Assembly (NCBI GenBank): GCA_028700115.1
Contig: JAQVTI010000003.1
Location: forward strand, 1 to 32,000
Source: Candidatus Iainarchaeum sp.
GTDB taxonomy: Archaea > Iainarchaeota > Iainarchaeia > Iainarchaeales > CSSED10-239
DNA: 32,000 bases
Reading direction: 5' to 3'
Shown: one piece after another, positions 1-9,653 of the stretch
Numbering within the stretch: position 1 is the stretch's first letter
How the letters are laid out: the number at the start of each line of letters is the position of its first letter
Program-made: the position numbers and the translations under genes
The notes under the pieces: model-generated
Seen by the model: the letters and a program-made list of their open reading frames with translations, nothing else
Database searches by the model: none
What the model was told of the DNA's origin: nothing

Positions 1-236
1 CATCACTTGATTGAAAAACTGTTATAGAAGAAGAATCTGAAAGATGAGTATTTGTAAAGCCTTTTGAAAAGTTTAAAACAATAACAACCAAAGCTAAAGA
101 TATTAAAATTATTAAAACGGTTGCGATTAATGGACTTATAGATTTGGATTTTGAAAAGGGTAAAAAGTTTAAAAACATAAGTTATCAAAAATAATATTAA
201 AAAAAAGATTTAAATAGGTATGGGTTAGGGGTATTT

Positions 237-263
237 AAAAAAAATAAAAAAAAGCAAAAAAAA
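237..263 (-). terminator. Oligo-T terminator after secD
   Basis: On the minus strand the secD stop (TAA, complement of 264-266) is followed directly by T8-GC-T8-A-T8. Oligo-T tracts are the established archaeal termination signal. Confidence 0.5.
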
Positions 264-1883
264 TTATAATTTAGAAACAATTTTTTTTGCAATTTGAGCA
301 TAAACAGGTCTAGTTATAAAAACACCAATAGCAGTACCTAAAAGAATAGTTACTGCAAATCCAGTTAATTTCCCAAGTCCTAAACCAAAAATAGGAATCA
401 TTGTTACTGCAGTAGTAGCAGCAGCAGCAAACATTATAAAAAATGCTTTTTTAATTCTTCTAATAAGACTATCAGAAGAAGAATACTCATTTTTATTTTT
501 AGATCTACCTTTTAAAAGTTCATCAATAATTATAATATTATCATCCACACCAGTTCCAATAGTTGCTAAAATTCCTGCAACTGCTGCAAGATCTAATCTA
601 AAACTTAAAAGAGATAAAAACCCTAACAATATCAAAATCTCAGAAGTACCTGTTATAAGAATAGGTATAACTAGTTTTATTTGTTTATATCTAAAAAATA
701 AAACTATAGCAACAGTAATTAATGCCAAAATACCAATCCACAAACTAGTATTTAAAAAAGAACTACCTAAATATGGAGAAATAGATTCAGTACTTATACT
801 TTCTATAGCAATAGGTAAAGAACCAGAAGTAATTATTAAATCTAAATAATCAAGTCTAGAAACAGCATCATCATAACTACTTGCTTGACCAGTAATTGTC
901 AAATTTGTAAAAGTTTGAAATCTAGAAGAATCCATAGTTGGGACATCCATATTTGCAATACCTTCAGTTATAGAAATAACAGATTTTAAACCAGTAGCAG
1001 TCCAAATCCAAGGCACACCTTCTTCTTTTTCTTTTAAAATTATTTTATATCCAATATCTTCTAAAGAAGAAATAATTGATAAAGAAACATTTGGAGAAAT
1101 AATAATTTTTTTAAAATTTACAAAATTATTTTTTAAATCAACTAATTGCTTATCTGTTAAATTAGAATCAACTATAAAATAAGGAACAGTTAATTCACTA
1201 AATAAATCTTCAATAGGAATATAACTAGAAGAAATTTCTAAAGCAGTTGGAACTTGTTTTTCTTGAAAATAAAGTTCACTATCCATCATAATTAAAGTAT
1301 CTTTTGGTCTATCTACAAAAAAGAATGTATTTGCACAATCATATTCTTCAGAACCATTAGAATAACCTATAGGAACACATTTATGAAAAACCATTTCAGC
1401 AAATCTATTTGTTGCAGAATTAGTTAAAATTAAAGGTAATGTCCATCTATAAGCACCATTACTAGAAGGTATTTCTTGAAAACCATAACCTTTTTGAGGA
1501 TCTTTTATAATTGTAATTTCATCTCCAGAAAATAAAACTTCTGATTCTAAAACTGCCTCAAAAGTACCTTGTCTTAAAAGAATTTCTTTAAGACTTGCAA
1601 TTTCATCAGGATCAGATTCTGCAATAGAAGCAACTAAATATTGATCTCCAGAAGGAGTAACTTTAGTATCTTTAGACCCAGACCAATTTAATCTTTTATC
1701 AATTACAGATGAAATTTTAGTTAACTGCTCAGAAGAAACAGGTTCTTCTAAAACAATTTGAAAAGAAGTTCCACCATTAAAATCAACTCCAAAAAACAAA
1801 CCTTTTGTTGCAAGAAGTGTTATTGTAAATAATAATAAAATTATCCAAAAAATAAATATTGGCTTTTTAAATAAAGTTTTCAT
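264..1883 (-). CDS. secD: Protein-export membrane protein SecD
   Basis: 539-aa ORF with an N-terminal TM helix, a large extracytoplasmic domain and a C-terminal multi-TM bundle. The bundle contains TIGTGVDDNIIIIDE, which fits the SecD-type IGxxVDxNI..E motif. It lies 17 nt downstream of the SecF-like ORF on the same strand. Confidence 0.8.
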   Translation of the reverse strand: MKTLFKKPIFIFWIILLLFTITLLATKGLFFGVDFNGGTSFQIVLEEPVSSEQLTKISSVIDKRLNWSGSKDTKVTPSGDQYLVASIAESDPDEIASLKEILLRQGTFEAVLESEVLFSGDEITIIKDPQKGYGFQEIPSSNGAYRWTLPLILTNSATNRFAEMVFHKCVPIGYSNGSEEYDCANTFFFVDRPKDTLIMMDSELYFQEKQVPTALEISSSYIPIEDLFSELTVPYFIVDSNLTDKQLVDLKNNFVNFKKIIISPNVSLSIISSLEDIGYKIILKEKEEGVPWIWTATGLKSVISITEGIANMDVPTMDSSRFQTFTNLTITGQASSYDDAVSRLDYLDLIITSGSLPIAIESISTESISPYLGSSFLNTSLWIGILALITVAIVLFFRYKQIKLVIPILITGTSEILILLGFLSLLSFRLDLAAVAGILATIGTGVDDNIIIIDELLKGRSKNKNEYSSSDSLIRRIKKAFFIMFAAAATTAVTMIPIFGLGLGKLTGFAVTILLGTAIGVFITRPVYAQIAKKIVSKL

Positions 1884-1900
1884 AAAAATTCACACATTTA

Positions 1901-2971
1901 CTAATTTTTTTGTTTTTTCTTAACATAATTTATTAATGCAGGTGCATTAAAAAACCATGTAGAAATTAAATCTCCTATTAACCCACATAAAAGAATAATT
2001 GAAATTTCAAAAATTACTGTTATCTGAGACAGATAAGAAATAATTAACATAACAATAACTGTAGACATAGTTGTAAAAGTCATCGTAAGTCCAGTTTTAA
2101 TTGACTCATTACATGCAAATATTGGATTTTTAGATTTATCTTTTAGTAATCTAGAACTAAGCATGATATCTGTATCCACAGAATACCCAATAAGCATTAA
2201 AAGAGCAGGAATAGTTGTTAAACTTAAAGGCAAATTAAAAATTGACATTCCTGCTAAAGCAGCAAGAATATCAAAAAGGGCTGCAAAAATAATTAAACCG
2301 GAAGGAACAATTTCTCTAAAAAATAATAAAATTACTAAAATTAATAAAGTAAAAGCAATAATTCCAGCCTTTACAGAACTTTTTATAAAATCAGAACCTA
2401 AAGTAGGAGCAACCTCTCTTGTTTGTATTTTTGGGTTTTCTCCTAAAGATAATTCTGAAGAAATAATATTAATAACACTATTATTAAAATTAGTATTTGC
2501 TAAATTAATTAAAGTAACTAAACTTTGTTTAATATCATCAGAAGTTTTAGAATAATCAATATCTTCTAAATCACTTGAAACTAAAAAACCTTTATTTACC
2601 AGAGGCATTAAAATATCTTTAGAAGAATTTTTTAAAAAATCTAAATCAGTATTTTTAAAATCAATTTTTGATTTTTGATCTTTTACAAATTGAATATCTT
2701 TTTGTAAAGAAAATTGAATAGTTAAACCATATTCATTAATATTCTTAGTTTGAACAATTGAAACTTCTGAAAGATTAAATTTTTCTAAAAGTAAAGGTTC
2801 TATAGTAGAATAATCTTTAGAATCATCATAATGAACAATAATCTGATTACCACCTTTTAAATCTATCCCTTTTTCTAAACCAGGATAAATAAATGCTAAA
2901 ACTAAAAATATAATTCCTAAAAATAAAGGAATTAACATATATCTATTATAATTTGTATTAAATAATTCCAT
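1901..2971 (-). CDS. secF: Protein-export membrane protein SecF
   Basis: 356-aa ORF with an N-terminal TM, a ~170-aa external domain and a C-terminal TM bundle. LIGYSVDTDIMLSSRLL matches the SecF IGYS(I/V)(N/D)D signature. The secF-secD order is as in other archaea. Confidence 0.8.
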   Translation of the reverse strand: MELFNTNYNRYMLIPLFLGIIFLVLAFIYPGLEKGIDLKGGNQIIVHYDDSKDYSTIEPLLLEKFNLSEVSIVQTKNINEYGLTIQFSLQKDIQFVKDQKSKIDFKNTDLDFLKNSSKDILMPLVNKGFLVSSDLEDIDYSKTSDDIKQSLVTLINLANTNFNNSVINIISSELSLGENPKIQTREVAPTLGSDFIKSSVKAGIIAFTLLILVILLFFREIVPSGLIIFAALFDILAALAGMSIFNLPLSLTTIPALLMLIGYSVDTDIMLSSRLLKDKSKNPIFACNESIKTGLTMTFTTMSTVIVMLIISYLSQITVIFEISIILLCGLIGDLISTWFFNAPALINYVKKKQKN

Positions 2972-3125
2972 AAAAGGTCACATTAATTAATTTTTAAAAA
3001 AATACTATTTTAAATAAAGTTTTTAAAAAATTCAAAAAATTAATTTACTTTATAAATAGTTTATTATATATATAATATAAGAAAGATATATAAATGTAAT
3101 TTAAAAAATAAAAAAAAGATTAAAT

Positions 3126-3989
3126 ATGAAATTTCCACAGATAATAAATTCAAAAGAATTTATAGAAATAATAATAAATCAAACAAAAAAAGAAAATGAT
3201 TCACAAGACTATTTAAAATATATAAATCACATACAAAATAAAATTATTGAAAAACTATCCTCAGTAATAAACAAACTCCCAGATTATACAAAAATGAATG
3301 AATATTATTTAACAATGTCTAAAAACATATGCCCAATAACAACTATGGATAAACATAGAAATCATTACCTAACTACTATTGTATTAATAAATAAAATGTC
3401 AGAAAAATATAAAAGATCAATAAAAAGAGAAAGAGATAAAAGAAAAAGAAATTTTTTAAAAAAAGAATATCTTGGAAGAATAGCATCTATTATTAAAAAA
3501 TTAGATTCAACAAATAAAATTTTAAAAACATATACAAAAGATTTTGGAAGAATTGCAGATCCTAAAAAATATTTTTCAATAGTAATAGTAGGACTTCCAA
3601 ATTCAGGAAAAACAACACTATTAACAAAAATTACAGATGCTAATCCAGAAATAAATACATATGAATTTACAACAAAATCATTAAATTTAGGATACTTTAA
3701 AATTAGAGAAGAAATAATTCAAGTTGTAGATACCCCTGGACTAATACATTTAGAATTTAAAGAAATGAATTTCATTGAAAAAAATGCAATTGTAGCAATA
3801 AAAACACTTGCAGACATAGTTTTATTTTTATATAATAAAAATATAGATTTAAAAAAACAAGAAGAAATGTATGAATATCTTAAAAAAGAAAACCCTGATA
3901 AGATATTTTATGTTCATTCTAGTTTTGGTGGAAATTTTACAAAAGGAAAAGAAATTAATATAAAAGATATACTTCTTAAAAAATTTTAA
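3126..3989 (+). CDS. Nog1/Obg-class GTPase (short form)
   Basis: G1 GLPNSGKTT, G2 region EFTTKS and G3 DTPGL are present. The N-terminal ~150 aa resemble the NOG1 N-terminal helical domain (FPQIINSKEFIEIIINQ...). No canonical NKxD G4 motif is visible. Confidence 0.65.
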   Translation: MKFPQIINSKEFIEIIINQTKKENDSQDYLKYINHIQNKIIEKLSSVINKLPDYTKMNEYYLTMSKNICPITTMDKHRNHYLTTIVLINKMSEKYKRSIKRERDKRKRNFLKKEYLGRIASIIKKLDSTNKILKTYTKDFGRIADPKKYFSIVIVGLPNSGKTTLLTKITDANPEINTYEFTTKSLNLGYFKIREEIIQVVDTPGLIHLEFKEMNFIEKNAIVAIKTLADIVLFLYNKNIDLKKQEEMYEYLKKENPDKIFYVHSSFGGNFTKGKEINIKDILLKKF

Positions 3990-4085
3990 AAAATAATACA
4001 ATTAGAAAAAAATAAAATATTATATAAATATTTTTATAGAATAAATATATATTATAAAAACTAATTTTAAAAATAAAGCATCATA

Positions 4086-4091
4086 AGGTGA
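4086..4091 (+). promoter_or_regulatory. Shine-Dalgarno box AGGTGA for the 4097 start
   Basis: AGGTGA is complementary to the archaeal 16S 3' end (..GAUCACCUCCU) and lies 5 nt before the ATG at 4097. This argues against the GTG at 4088 given in the ORF track. Confidence 0.5.
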
Positions 4092-4096
4092 TTAAC

Positions 4097-4378
4097 ATGA
4101 TAAAAAAAACAAAAAAACAAGAAATTTGTGAAAAAATGGCAAAAGAAATAATAGATGAAGCAGATTTCTTGTTAGAAGATCACACAATTCCAAAAAATGT
4201 ACAATATGTAATTAAAAATATGCAAGAAAGAATTAAAAAAAATTTATGCTCATTAGAAGTATCAAGTACATTATATAATCTAGAAGAAACAATTAGTAAC
4301 ATGACAGTTTCTGATTGTAGATCATCTGTTTGGAACTTAATAAATAAACTAGAAAGTTTAAAGGAAAAAATGAAATGA
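4097..4378 (+). CDS. UPF0147-like small helical protein
   Basis: 93 aa. The pattern D.TIPKNV....K......L........S..LY.LEE.S.......R..VWNL...LE recalls the archaeal UPF0147 family (D.sVPRNIR ... Rt.iW.v.s.LE), recalled from memory. Its TGA stop (4376-4378) overlaps the DP1 ATG (4375-4377). Confidence 0.5.
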   Translation: MIKKTKKQEICEKMAKEIIDEADFLLEDHTIPKNVQYVIKNMQERIKKNLCSLEVSSTLYNLEETISNMTVSDCRSSVWNLINKLESLKEKMK

Positions 4379-5820
4379 ATCAAGAAATTATTAAATATGC
4401 AAGAGAGAATAATTTAATAATTACAGAAAAAGCATTAAGACTTTTAAATAATTATAATTATAAAAAAATAATTGAAAAATTAAAAGGAAAAGAAATATTA
4501 TTTGTAAAAGAAAATGATATTTTAAAAATACAAAACGAAAAAAATCAAAAAGAAGAAAACTTTGAAGAAAATTTTGAAAATAATTTTATAATATTAGATA
4601 AATACGACATTACAAATAAAAATTATTCACAAGGAAGTGTAGAAGATTTTCACAAACTATTTATAGATAAATATAACACAATTTCACAAATTCTAAAAAA
4701 CAGACTAAATTGTGAATACACAACAATAGAAAATGCAAAAAATTTAATTAAAAATCAAAAAGTAGATATAATTGGAATGGTTTATGAAAAAAGAATGAGT
4801 AAAAATGAAAATTTAATACTAGATGTAGATGATCCTACTGGAAGAATAAAATTAGTAATACTTAATAAAGATGAAGAAAAATTTGAAAAATATAAACAAA
4901 CATTAACAGATAATGTTTTAGGATTTAAATGTAATGTACTTTCAAAAGACATGCTTATTGTAAATGAAATAATATACCCAGATATACCTTTAGAAAAAAA
5001 TAAATCAACTACAACAATAGATAAATATATTGCTATTATTGGAGATACCCATGTTGGAAGTAAACTGTTTTTAGAAAAAGAATTCGCAAAATTTATAGAT
5101 TGGATAAATGGAGAAAATGGACAAAAAGAAATTATTGAAAAAATAAAATATTTAATAATTGCAGGAGATTTAGTAGATGGAGTTGGAATTTATCCAGATC
5201 AATATGATGAACTTGCAATTACGGATGTATTTAAACAATATGAACTTTTTGAAGATTATATTCTTAAAATTAGAGAAAACATCGAAATTTTTATAATATC
5301 AGGAAACCATGATGCAGTAAGATTATCAGACCCTCAACCAGCAATTGATAAAAAATATCTACCAAGACTTTATACTAAAAAAAACATACACATAATGGGA
5401 TCCCCATCATGGGTAATTTTTGATGGATTAAAAACACTTATGTATCATGGAGCTTCACTTCATGGAATTTATGCAGAAATAAAGGGTATGCAAATGGATA
5501 AACCTGATCTTGCAATGAAAGAAGTACTTATTAGAAGAGATTTAATGCCACAATACGGACATAGACAAACATTTGTACCAATAGAAAAAAACTTAATGAC
5601 TATTAATGAAATACCAGATATATTTATCACAGCAGACGTACATCATCATGCATATTCTAAATATAAAAATACACATTTAATATGTTCTTCTTGTTGGCAA
5701 AGTACAACTAAATATCAAATAGAAAAAGGACATGTGCCTACAATTGCAAAAGTATTATTATTTAATTTAAAAGACGAAACTCTTTTAATAAAAGATTTTG
5801 AAGAAGATAAAAATGAATAA
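4375..5820 (+). CDS. polB: DNA polymerase II (PolD) small subunit DP1
   Basis: Calcineurin-like phosphoesterase motifs GDTHVGS, AGDLVDG, GNHD and DVHHH sit in the C-terminal half. An OB-like middle region is present. It lies directly upstream of and overlaps DP2. Confidence 0.9.
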   Translation: MNQEIIKYARENNLIITEKALRLLNNYNYKKIIEKLKGKEILFVKENDILKIQNEKNQKEENFEENFENNFIILDKYDITNKNYSQGSVEDFHKLFIDKYNTISQILKNRLNCEYTTIENAKNLIKNQKVDIIGMVYEKRMSKNENLILDVDDPTGRIKLVILNKDEEKFEKYKQTLTDNVLGFKCNVLSKDMLIVNEIIYPDIPLEKNKSTTTIDKYIAIIGDTHVGSKLFLEKEFAKFIDWINGENGQKEIIEKIKYLIIAGDLVDGVGIYPDQYDELAITDVFKQYELFEDYILKIRENIEIFIISGNHDAVRLSDPQPAIDKKYLPRLYTKKNIHIMGSPSWVIFDGLKTLMYHGASLHGIYAEIKGMQMDKPDLAMKEVLIRRDLMPQYGHRQTFVPIEKNLMTINEIPDIFITADVHHHAYSKYKNTHLICSSCWQSTTKYQIEKGHVPTIAKVLLFNLKDETLLIKDFEEDKNE

Positions 5821-8800
5821 CCCAGAAAAATTAAAAGCAACAAAAGAAATTAAAGAATATTATATTAAATTAACAAAAGATATAGATATAGCTGTAGAAA
5901 TTGCAAAAAACGCAAGAAGTCAAGGAAAAGATGTATCAACAAATATAGAAACAATCCCTGCAGCAGGAATTGCAGAAAAAACAGAATTATTAGTTGGGCC
6001 ATCTGGAGTTGCAGAAAAATACAACCAACTTTGGGAAAAACATCATGATAGATTAAAAGTTACAATAGAAATATTTAATTTAATACTAGACCAAAAACTT
6101 GGAAATATAGAAGACCCAGAAAAAAGATTAGAACAAGCAATTAGAACAGCACTAGTTATTCAAACAGATGGAGTAGTAGTATCTCCATTAGATGGACTTC
6201 CTGAAATAAAAATTTCAAAAAATCCAGATGGATCTAAATATCCAGATATATATTTTGCAGGACCAATAAGAGCAGCAGGAGGAAATGCACAAACATTTCC
6301 ATTATTACTTGCAGATCTTGCTAGAAAAAAATTACATCTTGATAGATATAAACCTTCACAAAAAGAAATAAATAGAATTATTGAAGAAACAATGATTTAT
6401 CAAAAAGATGTAGTAGTAAGACAACAAAGAGTTACAGAAAATGAAATAAAAATAATTGCAGAAAATTGTCCTATTTGTATAAATAGTGGACCAGATAGTG
6501 ATGTAGAAGTAATGGTTAATAGAGATATGGAAAGAATACCAACAAATAGAATTAGAGGAGCAATGTGCTTAGTTTTAATAGACGGTCTTTATGTAAGAGC
6601 AATGAAAATTATGAAAACTAGTAAAAAACTAGAACTAGATTGGCAATGGTTAGAAAAATTAATAAAAGTAAAAAAAACAGAAAAAGGATTTGAATTAAAA
6701 CCAAGTTCAAAATATATAGAAGGACTTGCAGCAGGAAGGCCAGTATTTTCATACCCCCTTAAAAATGGAGGTTTTAGATTAAGATATGGAAAAGCAAGAA
6801 ACAATGGATTAATGGCAAAAGCAATAAACCCTTCAACAATGTATGTTTTAGAAGAATTTATAGCAGTAGGAACACATGGAAGAATAGAAAGACCAGGAAA
6901 ATCATTACAATATTTTCCATGCGATCAAATAGATGGACCTATTGTAAGATTAAAAAATAAAAATGTTTTAAAAATAAATACAACTGAAAAAGCAAAAGAA
7001 ATTGTAAATCAAATTGAAAAAATATTATTTTTAGGAGATATATTAATTCCAGTTGGGGACTTTAAAAAAAGTGGGCATCCACTTGTAAAAAATGGATATG
7101 TAAAAGAAGAATTTATTTCTGAAATTAAATATCTTATAAAAAAAGGAGAACTTGAAAAAAATATTTTAAAAGAAATACTTGAATTTATAGAAAACAAAAC
7201 CCCTTATGATGCAATTGAACTTAGCTTAAAATATAAAATTCCATTATACCCAGAATATTTAAATTATTATAATTTAATAGAATTAGAAGAACTAAAAATA
7301 TTAATTTCAAAAATAAGAGATTCTGAGAAAATATATAATGAAAATAAAATAATAGGAATTAAAATAAAAAATAATAATGTAATAAAAGAAATTTTAGAAA
7401 AATGTGGGATAGAACATACATTTTTAGAAAAAGAAAATAATTTAGAAATAAAAAAAGAAAATGCATATACATTATTAAAAACACTTGGAAGTTTAAATGC
7501 AAAAAATCCAATAGAAGAATTTATAGATATAATAGAAAATAAAGAAAAAACAAACTGTGAAAAATTAAGCATAATATCAGGAATAAAAATAAAAGATAAA
7601 GCAGGAACATTTATTGGTGCAAGAATGGGAAGACCAGAAGCATCACATGAAAGAATACTTCCAGGAAAACCAAATGTTTTATTTCCTTTAGGACACGGTT
7701 TTGGGAATAATAGAGATATGATAAAAGCTATTGGAAAAAAAGCAGATGGAGCAAAACCAGGTGATTATGGAATTAGTGATGTTGAAATTAAAACATATTT
7801 ATGCCCAAAATGTAAAAAAATAATATTTGGAAATTATTGTTTTGATTGTAAAATACAAACAAAAGAAATTAGATATTGTAATAATTGTAAAAAACAAATG
7901 TTTGAAAAAATTTGCCCAGTTTGTAAACAAGAAACAATATATCAATATAAACATAAAATAAACTTAGACTATCTTATACAAAAAGCAAGCCAAAATGTAA
8001 ATGTTGGAATACCTGAAAAAATAAAAGGAGTAAAAGGACTTGTTAGTGGAAATAAATTTTGTGAACCTTTAGAAAAAGGTATACTTAGAGCAAAATATGA
8101 TCTATATGTGTTTAGAGATGGAACAATTAGATATGAAGCATTAAATGCAACAATTACACAATTTACAGCAAAAGAACTTAATCTAAGTATAGAAAAACTA
8201 AAAGAATTAGGATATAAAAAAGATTATCTTGGAAATGAATTAAAAGATGAAAACCAAAGAATATCTTTATTTCCACAAGACATAATAATTAATGATAAAG
8301 CAGGAGAATATTTTTTAAAAATAACACATTTTATAGATGATCTTTTAGAAAAATTTTATGGATTAAAACAATTTTATAATAAAAAAACAAAAGAAGAATT
8401 AATTGGAGAACTTATAATTGCATTAGCCCCACACACATCTGCAGGAATAGTTGGAAGAATTATAGGATATTCAAAATCTAGACTTGCATGGGGGCATCCT
8501 TATTTTATTACAGCAAAAAGAAGAAATGTAGATGGAGATCAAGATTCCATGCTTTTATTAATGGATGGATTATTAAATTTTTCAGAAAAATATCTTAGTG
8601 GGGGTAGAGGTGGAAGAATGGATGCACCTTTAGCATTTACAACAATTGTAAATCCATATGAAATAGATGATGAATGCTATGAAATGGAAACAGTTACAGA
8701 ATATCCATATGAATTTTATATAAATGCAAAAAATTATGGAGATGCAAATGATAAAAATTTAACTTATGTAGATCAAATTCTTGGAACTGATGATCAATAT

Positions 8801-9277
8801 TCTTGTATTAAATTTACACATGATACAAATGTATTTGATAAAGGACCAAAAACATCTGCATATTTAACTATAAAATCAATGAAAGATAAAGTAGAAAGAC
8901 AAGCAGAACTTCAAAAAAAAATAATGGCTGTTGATAATAAAGATGCACTTGAAAGATTATTACATTATCATTTATTCCCAGATATAATTGGAAATACAAG
9001 AGCATTTGCAAGACAAAAACTAAGATGTGTAAAATGTAATACAAAATATAGAAGAATACCTTTATCAGGAAAATGTAATGTTTGTGGTGGTAAATTAATT
9101 ATGACAATACATGAAGGATCTATTAAAAAATATCTTCAAATTGCAAAGGATTTAATTAAAAATTATGGTCTAAAACCATATCTTTATCAAAAATTAGAAA
9201 TTGCAGAAGAAGATATAAATTCTTTATTTAAAGATAAAGATACAGAAAATCAAAAAGCTTTATCTGACTTCTTTTAA
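5813..9277 (+). CDS. polC: DNA polymerase II (PolD) large subunit DP2
   Basis: 1154 aa from the ATG at 5813, which overlaps the DP1 stop by 8 nt; the ORF-track TTG at 5798 is less likely. A clustered Cys4 zinc-finger region is present (CPKCKK..CFDCK, CNNCKK..CPVCK, CVKCNTK..CNVCGG). Conserved blocks GARMGRPE and APHTSAGIVGR are present. There is no intein-sized insertion. Confidence 0.92.
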   Translation: MNNPEKLKATKEIKEYYIKLTKDIDIAVEIAKNARSQGKDVSTNIETIPAAGIAEKTELLVGPSGVAEKYNQLWEKHHDRLKVTIEIFNLILDQKLGNIEDPEKRLEQAIRTALVIQTDGVVVSPLDGLPEIKISKNPDGSKYPDIYFAGPIRAAGGNAQTFPLLLADLARKKLHLDRYKPSQKEINRIIEETMIYQKDVVVRQQRVTENEIKIIAENCPICINSGPDSDVEVMVNRDMERIPTNRIRGAMCLVLIDGLYVRAMKIMKTSKKLELDWQWLEKLIKVKKTEKGFELKPSSKYIEGLAAGRPVFSYPLKNGGFRLRYGKARNNGLMAKAINPSTMYVLEEFIAVGTHGRIERPGKSLQYFPCDQIDGPIVRLKNKNVLKINTTEKAKEIVNQIEKILFLGDILIPVGDFKKSGHPLVKNGYVKEEFISEIKYLIKKGELEKNILKEILEFIENKTPYDAIELSLKYKIPLYPEYLNYYNLIELEELKILISKIRDSEKIYNENKIIGIKIKNNNVIKEILEKCGIEHTFLEKENNLEIKKENAYTLLKTLGSLNAKNPIEEFIDIIENKEKTNCEKLSIISGIKIKDKAGTFIGARMGRPEASHERILPGKPNVLFPLGHGFGNNRDMIKAIGKKADGAKPGDYGISDVEIKTYLCPKCKKIIFGNYCFDCKIQTKEIRYCNNCKKQMFEKICPVCKQETIYQYKHKINLDYLIQKASQNVNVGIPEKIKGVKGLVSGNKFCEPLEKGILRAKYDLYVFRDGTIRYEALNATITQFTAKELNLSIEKLKELGYKKDYLGNELKDENQRISLFPQDIIINDKAGEYFLKITHFIDDLLEKFYGLKQFYNKKTKEELIGELIIALAPHTSAGIVGRIIGYSKSRLAWGHPYFITAKRRNVDGDQDSMLLLMDGLLNFSEKYLSGGRGGRMDAPLAFTTIVNPYEIDDECYEMETVTEYPYEFYINAKNYGDANDKNLTYVDQILGTDDQYSCIKFTHDTNVFDKGPKTSAYLTIKSMKDKVERQAELQKKIMAVDNKDALERLLHYHLFPDIIGNTRAFARQKLRCVKCNTKYRRIPLSGKCNVCGGKLIMTIHEGSIKKYLQIAKDLIKNYGLKPYLYQKLEIAEEDINSLFKDKDTENQKALSDFF
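9251..9274 (+). other. C-terminal PIP box of DP2 (QKALSDFF)
   Basis: The last eight codons before the stop read Q-K-A-L-S-D-F-F. This is a perfect Qxx[LIM]xx[FY][FY] PCNA-interaction motif at the extreme C-terminus, where PolD DP2 is known to carry one. Confidence 0.7.
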
Positions 9278-9304
9278 AATAAAATAAAGAAAAAATGGAA
9301 AAAA

Positions 9305-9613
9305 TTAAGCTTTAAGCTCAATTCCCATTTGAACATCTGAAGGAACATCTACTCTAACTATTTTTCTTAGAATTTTATCATCAGCTTTAACATCAATTAT
9401 TCTTTTATGAATTCTTAATTGAAACTTTTGATATGTTTCTGTTCCCCCACCAGAAGGACCTCTTCTAGTAGGTACAACTAACTTTTTTGTTTTTAGAGGA
9501 ATAATTCCAGAATGTTTTACACCAGCTTTTTTAGCAACATCTAAAACTTGCTCACAAAAGTTTGTTAGTTTTTCGTAATCTGTACTTGTTACAACAATTC
9601 TTGCAGTTTGCAT
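9305..9613 (-). CDS. rps10: 30S ribosomal protein uS10
   Basis: MQTARIVVTS...LKTKKLVVPTRRGPSGGGTETYQKFQLRIHKRIIDV is classic S10. I set the start at 9613 because AGGGGAT (9621-9627, minus) lies 7 nt upstream. It sits downstream of tuf, as in the conserved archaeal tuf-rps10 arrangement. Confidence 0.92.
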   Translation of the reverse strand: MQTARIVVTSTDYEKLTNFCEQVLDVAKKAGVKHSGIIPLKTKKLVVPTRRGPSGGGTETYQKFQLRIHKRIIDVKADDKILRKIVRVDVPSDVQMGIELKA

Positions 9614-9653
9614 AATTAACATCCCCTATTTAAAAATATTAAATACAAAGCAA

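Noticed and set aside
2163-2555. 130-aa plus-strand ORF inside secF. The same class covers 4180-4383, 6589-6804, 7009-7197, 7267-7572, 11012-11284, 11452-11802, 11854-12048, 13700-13894, 14055-14261, 18051-18263, 18963-19154, 21360-21545, 21867-22070, 22410-22913, 22989-23192, 26554-26799 and 29746-29931.
   Set aside because: All lie antisense to, or (11012-11284) partly overlap, well-supported genes. They have the F/S/L/I-rich composition expected from reading A-rich codons backwards, and they lack SD boxes. Stop codons are rare on the T-rich strand of such an AT-rich genome, so long antisense ORFs arise by chance.
2972-3125. TATA-box/BRE promoter calls in this and other intergenic spacers (e.g. 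TTATAAATA at 30891-30899, upstream of tRNA-iMet).
   Set aside because: At this A+T content TATA-like octamers occur every few tens of bases, so position-specific calls cannot be supported without transcription-start data. I report only SD boxes and oligo-T tracts with clear positional logic.
3990-4096. Replication origin upstream of the PolD operon, by analogy with the oriC-cdc6-DP1-DP2 arrangement of Thermococcales.
   Set aside because: No cdc6/orc1 gene is adjacent, the spacer is only ~100 bp, and I see no repeated ORB-like boxes in it.
7790-7950. Dense cysteine cluster in DP2 (CPKCKK, CFDCK, CNNCKK, CPVCKQ) as a possible inserted zinc-finger module or intein remnant.
   Set aside because: Multiple Cys4 zinc fingers are a normal feature of PolD large subunits. 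The protein length (1154 aa) leaves no room for an intein, and no intein splice-junction blocks are visible.
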